Assembly (NCBI GenBank): GCA_973895155.1
Contig: OZ316891.1
Coordinates: 18,560,948-18,624,947, forward strand
DNA: 64,000 bases
DNA from: Marsupella aquatica
Lineage: Eukaryota; Plantae; Marchantiophyta
Reading direction: 5' to 3'
Below the pieces are notes generated by a model. The model had not been told where the DNA came from. It saw only the letters and a program-made list of their open reading frames with translations, and made no database searches. This document shows, piece after piece, positions 26,401 to 37,089 of the stretch. The translations under genes and the position numbers were made by a program. Within the stretch, counting starts at the first letter, position 1; every line of letters begins with the position of its first letter.

Positions 26401-28152
26401 GCAGTGTCCTATACCGGTGCCGTTGCCGTTGCTGGTGCCGTTCTCTCCTTCTCCAGCATTTTCAGCAGATTCTGCATGCCTGATTGCTGCATCGGCAAGT
26501 CTTCTTTCCTTGGCCGAAACACCTACTCGATCGTAGGGCTGGCAGGCTGGTTGGGCTCTTCTGTTGCCGGCCTCTGCTCTGGAACCTCCTCCAGTGCCCT
26601 TGCCGATAGGGGAAGTATTGGGGCAAAGATTTGACTTCTGGCATACCGGCACAACAGCGGCATGTGATAGCCAAGCCGGGACACGCTTCCCATGCCGATC
26701 GCCTACTGTTCCTCCTTCAAGATCTTCTTCAGTTGGTTGAGGAGGTACCCATTGTAATCCCGGCTTGGATCTGGCCTTTCTGCCAGGTAGACCTGAGCCT
26801 TGCCGATCTCTGCCCTCGGCAAGTTACAATGCATGGTCACCCGCAAGAAATCGAACATCTCTCGATGTGCGGGTTGGTGCAGGTGTTCCGGAAGAAGCCA
26901 TTCTTTGTTGATGGTCCTGGGAACGACCGAAACTCCTTGTCAAGTAAGGTCTTCCTGGTATCAACCTTGGTCTTATTACCCATCGGTAGGCCAAACACCT
27001 CGGCAATCACCCGGGGAGTGAGATAGAAATCCTTTCCATACACCCTCGTGGAGTTGGTCTCGGGTTCCCATGATCCCACGAATTCTAATAAGTCTGAGTC
27101 CGGCACCTCCGGCTTCAGCCATGGTAATCTTACAAAGGTTTCCAAGCCGGATCCGGCCATGAAGCCCTGGTACTTCTTGGTCTGCATGGCCGTAAAGCAT
27201 GCATCCTCCTCCCGTGCAAAATGTAATTGCACTTCCTCTGGTAGGGTCTCCGCCCAGCCTTTCCAAGTGTCATCCTTTGTTGGAATGGCATTGATGGGAT
27301 CATCCTCCTCTTTGGCTTCTCCCTGCCTCCTGTTCTGCTGCTCTGATGGCTTCCTTGGTGCTGCCGACCTTGTTCGTTTTTTTGGGGTGGCCTCTTCGTT
27401 GTTGTTTCCTTTCCTCTTCATCTCGGCTGCCGTGGATGTTTCTCCTAGCACAGTTGCCTTTGTCCACCCCTCCGTGCTACCCTTCAACTCCCAGTGCGCA
27501 TCGTTGCAGTGGTTGATGGCTTCCCGAATGCCAACGATTTTGTCTTCGCAAAACAGAAGGTCATCGAGCTGATTGGCAGTAGGAGTCCACAAGAACTCAG
27601 CCTTGATGAGTTCTCCTCCTAAGAAGACAGACTTCTGCAGCTCCCACAGTCGAGCGAGCTCCTGCCGTTCGCGAGCTGCTCTCTCTGAGTCTTCATCCTC
27701 GTAAGTCCTAATGTACTCAGTTGCCCGTTCGAACAGGCATCCCCAAAAATGTGCCGCTTGATTGACGTTGCTCATACCCTCCTTGACTCAATCGTTGGTA
27801 TCTGTTCCCACCTAGAGTGCTTGCCTAAGTAGTTGACAGTATTTGGCCTCCCGTAGTCGTCTGCCCAGTTTGTGCTTGCAAATGAGCCACCATTCCTTGC
27901 GAGCGGTCCTTACCCCTCTCCTCCTCCGGTCTTCCCTCCCGTTGGTCACCCCTAGCCGCCGATGCTTAGCGCGCCCTAACCCTAATCGTGTTCTCTCCCC
28001 CGGCGTCCTTACTTCTGGCCTCGGCCCGGGTTCCATAGTCACCCTTAATTGTTTATATTTTCCTTGTCTTGTTACTATACTAAGGTGTTTCCAGGGTACA
28101 CTCCTGCTTTTACCATGTAAACCGGCCTAGTGATTCCTGGCTAGGCATCACA
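23442..28152 (-). mobile_element. Probable giant solo LTR (4711 bp) containing decayed ORFs
   Basis: Ends TGTGGTGC...GCATCACA and 5-bp TSD TGGTG. Removal restores TnpD WKHIDTTWPDF. No pol and no second LTR were seen. Confidence 0.8.
24355..27775 (-). pseudogene. Solo-LTR-encoded PMD-like + coiled-coil protein, frameshifted
   Basis: SGLETFVRLPW..LEFVGSW..FYLTPRVIAEVFGLP followed by coiled-coil fragments (25182-25463, 24663-24950). Confidence 0.6.
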
Positions 28153-29385
28153 TGGTGTCAATATGCTTCCACGCTGGGCTGTCGTGGTGATACCGCATAA
28201 TCCCTGGTGGGGACTTGTTCTCAACATGCCAAGTTTGGAGTGTCGATAGATATTTTCGTCGATACAGATGTTGTAGTCGGGGTGTGATCAGGAAATACCT
28301 GAAGACCTGCAAAAACCACAGTCACAATGAACCCTCCGATGTTAATTGAGATTAAATGTTGAACAAATCATCGTGTTACCTTAAATACCTTGTGATACAC
28401 GAGGTAAATTGAGACGACGTTCATAACATCGGTAAGTGTAAAGTAACCTCGTCAATAATGACGTTAATAATTTTATGTCGTTGAGTAAGACGTAAGTACG
28501 TCGTATATACTATGATACGTAAGATACCTCCTGATATACGTTGTAAAAGTTTGTTACGTTAACCTAGACGACGTTAAATGGGAAAAAGCCGCACTAGACA
28601 ATTTAAACAACGTTTTTTGAAACGTAACTCTATGGACTCCTACGTTAATTTTGTAACAAATATCTTTCGATCATAGCAGGAGATCTTATCTCACCTTCTA
28701 TGGAATTTTTTTGCCAATGGTGTCGGGCCGGTATCGTGGAAGCTTACATTGTGCCTCTGGGCACTCTGTGTGGTCCAAGTATGTCCCTCTGTACAGGATG
28801 CATCCACTTGGACACATATGGATAGTCTCTAAAGCCAATCCAATTGAGGTTAACAACTTCTTAGCTTCCCTCACACAACCAGGAAGAGTGTTTGGTTGGG
28901 GCAAGAGTTTTTGGTGGAATAGCTGGAAGAGTGCATCTGTATGGACGTCTGAAGTGTTGAAAACTCCCTGCAAATTCAACATCAGCAAAGTGGCACCCAA
29001 CCTGCATTCGTGAAACCAGGGGATAATTAGTTTGAGGTATGACATTGGGTGTGGCCTGTACAAGTTCATAAGTAGAGTCTTGGGCTGGATCAAACCCTAA
29101 ATTCATTAAATATTGTGAAAAAAAGAAGCTTACCGTGATGATGGAGAATCCAAGAAGAGTGGAGTTTTGGCTTCCATTTCCAAGTGGTCCCAATCATCCT
29201 GGTCTACTTCCATGGTAGGCCTCATGTCCTCAGGTGCATGTGGTCCAAAGTGAACGTCCACAAGGTGGGCAAAAGCATCCTCTTCAAGAATGGGTGCATC
29301 CCCCTCATCTCCATCATCCTCATCAAACTCTCCATCATATGCATCATGGTACTCCTCATGGTCACTATCCAAATCATCAGGCTCC

Positions 29386-30022
29386 GGCCTCATTCACAAT
29401 TGGTGTACCTCGCAGGAACCACTTTCAGGACTCAAAAACATGCTTTTTTAGTGAAAAATGACTTTCGTAACATGAAAAAAGGTTCATCATGATTTTATCT
29501 CAAGACATTCAAGTCTAATTTTTTCACAAGACTATTTTACATGGTGTAACCTACCTCACCATGTAGATACATCAAGTTTTCAACTGTTTTAAGGGATCCT
29601 GTTATTGATGGCCCTAAATAGGCCAAAATTATTGATTATTTTTGTCCTGTACATAAAGGTTTAGTGTGTGTCACTATTTAAGTTTTGAAATATAAGATTA
29701 TGCTATTAGTATGCATGCTTTGGTAAAAATTTATTGTCTAAAATGCATTTTTTAGAGTCCTTTGGAGTCTTGAAATGATGTGACCCGTTGCGTGACAAGT
29801 CCTTTTATCAATCTTTGAAGGACATATAAGGAAAGCTTCAAAGTCTCAAATGCTAGATAGTTTAATGAATGTTACCAACCTATAGGATGTTTGTTAAGTA
29901 TAGTACATCAAATTTTCTATATCATCTCATTACACCCTAAAAATGATATCCTAAAGCATAATAAACTATGGTCACTTTTGAGTGTGACGTTCCTTTTGGG
30001 TCCTCCAATTGTGAATGAGGCC
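29386..30022. mobile_element. MITE, 637 bp
   Basis: Perfect 18-bp TIR GGCCTCATTCACAATTGG and 4-bp TSD CTCC. Removal restores DDDLEPDDLD. Confidence 0.9.
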
Positions 30023-30250
30023 CTCCAAGTCATCATCTTCATCATCATCAAAATTTAGAGTGGCACGTAGGTGAAAGGCACGCGCTGACATTGTCATCAT
30101 GGATGGGTGAGGTGTAGGAGTAACATATGCACCATCCTACAATTGTGAAATCCAATATTTGATACAAAGTCATATATAATCAAACGCAATAAACGATGCA
30201 ACAATGTATTATGCAACAATGGGTCCATAAATTACGAATATGTCATATTG

Positions 30251-30920
30251 TCAATGCCAATCATAATCTACAAGAATCTCTTCCCCTGCTCTAATGGTGC
30301 GAGTAGCATGGGTCAAGATCTAATGCGTACAAGCCATGGGCAAACGAGGGTGAGTCTGGTCATGGTACTCATGCCACTCAGCGTTTGGCCTAAAACCTGA
30401 ACGTCGAGAACCCAATGTGCTATTGATGTAACCCGCCAGGTTTCCAGTGCGCGGCGGGTAACCATCCATCTGAGCATACCTAGGGTCAAGCTTGACCGAC
30501 ATGCCATATCGACCAAAGGTCGGACATTGTTGAGACAAGATGCGCCATCGTTGAGCAGAATACTTAGGCCCATAGAATGGAAAGACCTGAGGCAAGTCCT
30601 CGGGCGCACAACCATTAGGGACCACAATATCTACAAGCGCAAATAATCCAAGCCCTACACCAGGGCCCAATGTGGAGGGGAGGAGGACCCATGGGCGATC
30701 CCAAACTATGATAGGCTCCCTAATTGGAAGGTCCACAGGGAGCCCAAATTGGGTGGAAGGAGTCCTTTACAATGTCCAAGGCTCTCCCATGCAACTCTCT
30801 CGGTGCCCGAGCAATAGATGCATCAAGAAAAGGACAATGTGGTGGCCTCACCCTAGGCAGACGAGACTCCAAAGACTGTGGTCTAGTATTGACCATGACT
30901 CCCCTCGCAATAGGGTGCAC
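30251..30920 (-). pseudogene. SET-domain (lysine methyltransferase-like) coding region inside the CACTA element
   Basis: STLGPGVGLGLFA, FYG, DGYPPRTGNLAGYINS, PNAEW and, after a frameshift, HATRTIRAGEEILVDYDW. Confidence 0.8.
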
Positions 30921-31087
30921 CTATGAAACCCTCCTCCTATCAAAAACACGGTCTATTGCCCTCAAAGTGGCATCTAGAGCTGATGGGGGCACCAGTGCAG
31001 TCAGAGCTCGACGTGCAACCTCTCTCATGCTGTCCTTAGGAGGTGACGGCACAACCAGAATCTGTTCCACATGTAAGCAAGAAAATC

Positions 31088-31717
31088 TCAGCATGCCAGC
31101 AAACTTGAGCATTCATGATTGAAGGCAAAGTACTCCAACCTTGTGATAGTTAAAGTTAAGCAAAATGGTTTTGCAATAAGAAGGAAACTCACCTCGGGTA
31201 TTGGTGGTACATGACGACCATGCATCCCTAAATGGCTAACGACAGTAGTCCTCTCGTGAGATACAACACCCTTGCATCGTCTACAAGGGCAAGGCATCTT
31301 CCGGACTGGTCCAATCCCATGAAGAGTAGCCATGGCCTCTCCAAACCCCTCGTCCAAAGAGGAAGGTGAGTTGTGACCATGGGGCTCTGGATGACGATGA
31401 ACGTCATATGGCCGATGGGGGCTCCTATCTCTCCTATCCTCCTACCTCTGTCGATGGCGATGACGTCGGGATCTATGACGTCTCAACCTCCTCCGCTCTG
31501 GCGAGTAGTCCCTCCTCCTCTCTGAAGAGTAGTCCCTCCTCCTCTCCTGAGAGTAGTCCCTCCTCCTTCTCGGCAAGTCGTCCCTCCTTCGCTCTGGCGA
31601 GTAGTCCCTCCTCCTATCAGGAGAATAATCCCTATCCCTATCATGATGCCGGTATCTGTGACCAACAATCGTATCCCCATCATCTGTGTCATCGGACAGA
31701 GAGTCATAGATCACCAT
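31088..31717 (-). pseudogene. 5' exon of the CACTA transcript: RRRDYSxE repeats + transposase-associated Zn domain
   Basis: KMPCPCRRCKGVVSHERTTVVSHLGMHG has the CPCxxC..HL..G pattern. 24-bp tandem repeats at 31490-31635. Confidence 0.7.
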
Positions 31718-32079
31718 GTCCTACAACCAATAAAACCATCTCTCATTTGAGAAAAACCTATACAAAACCCCTCACAAAAACCCATCCTTAAAACCCTACA
31801 ATTACAACCTAATATTAGTTTTAACGTCGTTTTAAAAAAAAAGCCTAACATTTAACGTCCCGCTTAAACCCCGTTCGATGTCGGTTACATCTTACAAAAC
31901 GACGTTCCTAAACTTAACGTCATTTAGGACAAGGTGCTCACAGGAAACATCATTTGGAAGAGACGTAAACGGGACGTTAAAGAGACGTTAAAATGACGTG
32001 AATTGCAAGAAACGGCGAGCCCGCGAGGTTAAGCGTTTCCCCGGTCATTTCCTTCAGAAAACATCAGGATCGTGTTCGA

Positions 32080-34235
32080 ATGCGAGTCACATTTGACATT
32101 CCCCAATGCACCTCTAATCCTCACCTCTCTTGGTCTCCTCTACCTCATAGAATCGCCCGCATGTCTCATCCAGGCTACCTTCCATGCAGTGTGAACTTTG
32201 ATGCAGTGAAGGTGGCCATGGAGGATCCAGAGGAGATGGAGAAGGTGCATAGAGCACTATGTTCGACACATTCACTAGTTCAGGCCTTCAACCATAGCTG
32301 GCAATTCATGGGAGGACAGGGAACGAAGGAGTCCAGGTTTATAGAGTACCTGGAGAGTATTGAGGCCAATGCTCCCGACCAAGAGGAGGTGGCCGAGGTT
32401 GAAGTGCCGGATGTCGTTGGAGAGCTTGATGGGGCATCGATTGATCCGCTGCCTACATTCCCAACACTAGCAGACAATGGTTGGGACGATCCAACCTTCT
32501 GTGAGATCCAGCTAGATTCTCAGGCAACTGCTTGAACCCCTATCAAGAGTCAAGTGAGGATCGCACATGAGAGATATAGGGCAGACGATGAGAGGAGGGA
32601 CCGTCGAGCACATAGGAGGAGGAGGCGATCTCGGTCTTTGTCAAATAGCAGCACTGAAAGGAGAAGGTGAAAGGGGAAAGGAACCAATGAGCACACGACA
32701 GAGACATCAAGGTCAAAGAGACGCAGGGGAGATCGACATCATGGAGCAGAGAGGAGAAACAAGCACTCACATTCAGAGCGGCGATCACATCCTCAACAAG
32801 CTCCTGCTAGCAAGGAGCACCTCCCCACCATCACCCTTGCTACTTTTGATGCAAGGCCGGACGTTCTGGATGAGAAAGCACTCACAAACAGAGTGCAGAC
32901 TTGTGTAACTAAACACTGCCCCGGTTGGACGACCTGGAAGGAGCTGGTACATAATGAAAAGAAGTTCCAGGTGCTCTTGAATGATGTGCAAGCTGGATTC
33001 AGAAATGGGCGAGAGATTGACTACCGCCTCATCAGGAAGAAGATTGTGAATCACCTCGCTGATCAACGGTTCAGGTGGAGAGCAAAGGTGCGCAAACTCA
33101 GGTGCATAAGGACGGGGGAGTATAAGAAACCTGATGGCATGAGCGAAGCTGACTTCAAATTGATTGTCAGTGAACTTGAAGCAGCCCCGGACACCCCAGT
33201 TGGAAAGCGAGTGCGTATGGGAGACAAGGCCACTGCTGTTCGAAAAGCGAGTGGCAAGAAGGTGACAAATTTCTGGGGGCAGGGAGGATGGGGAGGATTT
33301 CTTGCAACCTATGTAAGTTCTCTTCCATTTCACATTGCGCAATCATTCAAATCAATGCCTTGTGGTGCTGCTTCAGTGTGAAATAGTAATTAACGTCGTT
33401 CTTTTAGATTAATGTCTCCATTGCCGAATTGAATGTCGCTCAAATCATCGTATTTCACTCTTTACGTCTCACGAGACGACGTTACACTACCCCTAACGTC
33501 GTCGTTGTGATGTCAATGCCATTGAGTAATATGTAACATTGTTTGGGACGACGCAATTGGTTTAACGTAGTAGTGAGGTGTGTAAAGTACCTCCTCTTGA
33601 ACGACGTAATGTGACTTTTGCTGCAGAAGCGAAAGTATGGCCGTGATGCCGACCCAAGTGAGCAAGAGCGCTTGTACTCCAAGCGATATGGCCCGGCAGC
33701 CCTATGGGCAAAGCTTGATTCAACTCCGGAAGACTTCCTAGTAAGTAGTGATGTCTTGGCTACATTGTATTAACACCATTCCATAGACGTAGAGTGAAAG
33801 CGTATCTTGTGCCAACCTAGATTGAAACCGTTCTTGTATACAGGTGGATTGGACTGCACCGGAGGGTTTAGTAGCACGACCCATTGCAGAGGATGAGGAT
33901 GCTGACACTGTCCCGCTTGAGGAGGGTACCCAGGAGGAGGCCCCGGTACCATGCGGACAGCATGGTGGGACTTCTTGTGATCTTTTCCCTGAAGGAGGAT
34001 GAGGGAGGGAGAGATGCAAGGAGGGAGATAGAGAAAGACGGAGAGATAGAGAGATAGAGAGAGGAGGAGTAGTGGTGAGAGGCATTCCACTAGGGTACCT
34101 CGTAGCACTAGAACAACAAGAAGCAAGGTTGCGCCAGAGCCAGATAGTAGTACCTCAGAGCAGGATGACCAGAGGTACAAGTTGCGCCGGCGAGGCGGAC
34201 AGTCAGGACGTGATAGGCAATCTCAACGACATTAG
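32080..34235 (+). pseudogene. TnpA/Ptta-like (Transposase_24) second gene of the CACTA element
   Basis: TTWKEL..HLADQRFRWRAKVRK..KPDGMSEADFKLIV..FWGQGGWGG. Spliced, with ACGT-rich introns. Boundaries are approximate. Confidence 0.6.
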
Positions 34236-34990
34236 CTAGGAGGCCTAATTTTGTATGTTATATCTTGGATTTGTATTCAAAACACCCATTTGTGGTGGCA
34301 TATCATTCCAGGTTACAATGTGTATAATGAATGCATGTATTCTATATTGAACCAGAACAACAACCCGAACCAGTCACGTACTACCGTGCCTAATCACGTA
34401 TACTATCGTGCCTAATCGTGTATACGTCCTGTTGTGTTACACTCTTAACTGTTCCGATCATCGTGATGGACTACGTTCCCCAATGTACGTCCGCATACAG
34501 AAGCAGATAACCATGTTATTTACTGTGTACGTAGACCGTACCAAACATCGTAAGAAACGTCACACTTAACCAACTAAACTATGTTGTACCCGTTAAACGT
34601 GGTGTCTTACATGGCAATGTACAACGTATCAAACTTGGTTAAACAATGTCTAACGTCATTTCTAGCCACGTCAATAGGCCATGTTATCAACAATGGCACG
34701 TTGATGTTAACGTCGTCTAATACAACGTTAAGTAGAGAACGTCTCAGTCGGCGATGTTTAAGTACATCATGTAATGCTACGTTAAGAACGTCCGAGTGTA
34801 CATCCTCGTGTACATCATTAGTAACGTCGCTACTTAAACGTCGTTGGGTGGGACTTTTCCACACGTCGGCTGAACGTTGCAATTAACGTCTGCTTAAATT
34901 ACGTTAATCAGGCAGATAATGTAGTTGTGCATCTTGTGTCCACACGAGAGTCGTGTCAAAGTTACTGTTAACCTCGAATCAGTCAAGAAT

Positions 34991-36695
34991 ATGTTTTCCC
35001 CTGGGGATCGAGTTAATCTCTTATTGAATGATGAACCGGTTGCGGGTGGGACGGTTTTCAGCATTACTCCCTCGGACTCTTGTCACAACATTCTGATTGG
35101 CGAGCATAGAATCAGTGTTTTTGTTGAGGATGCATTCTTCCACCTTGCTGAGTTACCTTATCCAAACGCAGGGGCGGACCTGGTCGGTGAAAGCTTAAAT
35201 TCAGTAATTTTGTGGGATTGGTCTAGCGTCAGGTTTGCGGAAAGCCAGCGCCCGGTTGATCCAGGTGACAACCAAGAGGAGATTCCTCTAGAACGGGAAG
35301 CAGGTTTTGGGGAGCAAGATGCCATGGGAGACACTGTCCATAGTCAGGACAATGTTCTCTTGAGAGAGGACCTGAGCAATCAAAGCAGGTGGTAGTTTGC
35401 TTTGCTTTACAAAGACGATGATGAGATACTACTGGCTTGAGGGTGTATCACGAATTCACACCCTCAAGCATTGATTAACAATGAGAGAGTTGGAGATGAT
35501 CATGTCGGGATCAATATTCTCACACTGGCCGCCGACAAAAACATCTCAAAGATGACGTTCCCTTATTTTGTTGAGGGAATGCCTTGCACAATCAAATGGC
35601 CTTTGCGGAGAACTCGGATCGAGCTTGGAATGCAATTGTTAAGCGATCTATTGGATCAAAATGAATTCCTGAATCCTGAGCGAGCAATTGTATCATATGT
35701 TAAACCAAAGCGAGCTAGAATAATCAACATTGCAACCCGCAGGCTCCTGAGGAGAAGGAAAGGAAGAAGATTCATAGAAGGCGTAACAGAAAGAAGACTC
35801 AAGAATCTATTGATGCTATTTTCCAGGTTGAGTGCTGCACAAAGAATTGTTGTAGGAGACAACAGTGGGAAGTGGTCAATCAGATTAGAGATGAATTTTA
35901 TGGTCTCTCTCACGCCGATCAACAGATGTACGTTTTCAACCATCTACACGGGAGGGATACGGAAACTATAGAGGCCGGGATGATTATTTTTTGTGGGACA
36001 CATGTCTGTAAAGAAGGGTTTTGGACCATCCATGGTTTCTCCAGAGGAACCTTCTATTCAATCTATAGTCACTATTGGAATGGGGCAAAACTTGGCGTTC
36101 ATGGCAACCAAGGATCAATGAAAACCAAAGACTACGTCACGCTGTTTGTGGAGTCTATACAAAGTGTATTCCAGAAATGTGCAGAGCCCATGCCTCATCT
36201 CCATAAAATTGGAGAGTCTGGAAAGCAGGAGGTCGTGTATAGGGTTCCTATAAGCTACGAGAGGAAAGATGTTTATGAAGAGGCTTGCAAGCTTAACAAG
36301 AATCTTGGAGCTTTTTCTCTTGTCATCGCTACTTTCTACAAGATATTGGAGAAAAAGTTTCCCAATTTTCAGCTTCTTGATCGAAGCAATTTTGCAAAAT
36401 GCGATCTCTGTACTACAATCAAAGAGACTCTTTGAGGCGAGAAGAGACAAGATGTTGTTCTTGAAATCAAGGCCAAAAGAGAACGTCACATGTTGAAACA
36501 ATAGTCTCAGAGAAGCATGTATTATGCAGCCAAACTGGCAGCAATCAAGAGCCAGAGAAGTATCTCTCGGTGATTCATGACAAAATGGATCAAGCCAAAA
36601 CAAGGATACCAAAAATGACTTCAACTCTTAAAAGTCAAGCGGGTAAATCAATTTCGTTACCGATGACGTTGACTAGAATGCTCACGCATGGACGG
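34991..36695 (+). pseudogene. 5' half of the outer-element DUF7869 transposase
   Basis: VAGGTV..HNILI..LPYP..VILW (Tnp1/DUF8039-like), VCKEGFWTIHG, FAKCDLC, IHDKMDQAKTRIP, LTHGR. Confidence 0.75.
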
Positions 36696-37089
36696 TGTCT
36701 GGGGGGAAAATGTGGTTCTTGAGGAAGCACTGGGCCTATGGCTGCTAGTGTCAAGAGAGAACTTAAGTTAAGAAACAAGAAGCCTTAAGGGATGAGTCCA
36801 AAGCCTTATTTCTCTTTTCAAAATCTTCATGATATTAAAAAGTGTATACCAAAAAACCACCAAAAAATGGTATGTATTTTCCAAACTAGACTCAAGAGAA
36901 TTTTACCACCAAAATCTAAGCATATCTTATATGATATTCTCACAATTGTATAAACCTTGAAATGTGCACTTTATAAAAGTAATCAAAATCAAACTCATCG
37001 ATCAGAGTTTAAGTCAAACTCAAAGTTTTACAAAATATAACCCAACTTAAGCCCAAGTGGTTTCAAATGCTACGAGTCCCTCTATTTAT

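Larger units (their letters stand above)
19790..29393 (-). pseudogene. TnpD/Tnp2 transposase (Transposase_21, DUF4218, DUF4216), spliced and interrupted
   Basis: IHMCPSGCILYR, HDSPAWKHID|WPDFSREPRNVRLGLAIDGVNP, NIPPW, IIPGP, DPMHIEVNVAKN, GLKSHDYH, GPVHARWMYWVERFM..RPEGSM, YCGIVLDIL. Confidence 0.92.
18057..34929. mobile_element. EnSpm/CACTA transposon with CACAA termini
   Basis: TIR CACAACTACATT / AATGTAGTTGTG, 3-bp TSD CAT, TnpD- and TnpA-like genes, and ACGT-rich subterminal regions. Confidence 0.92.
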
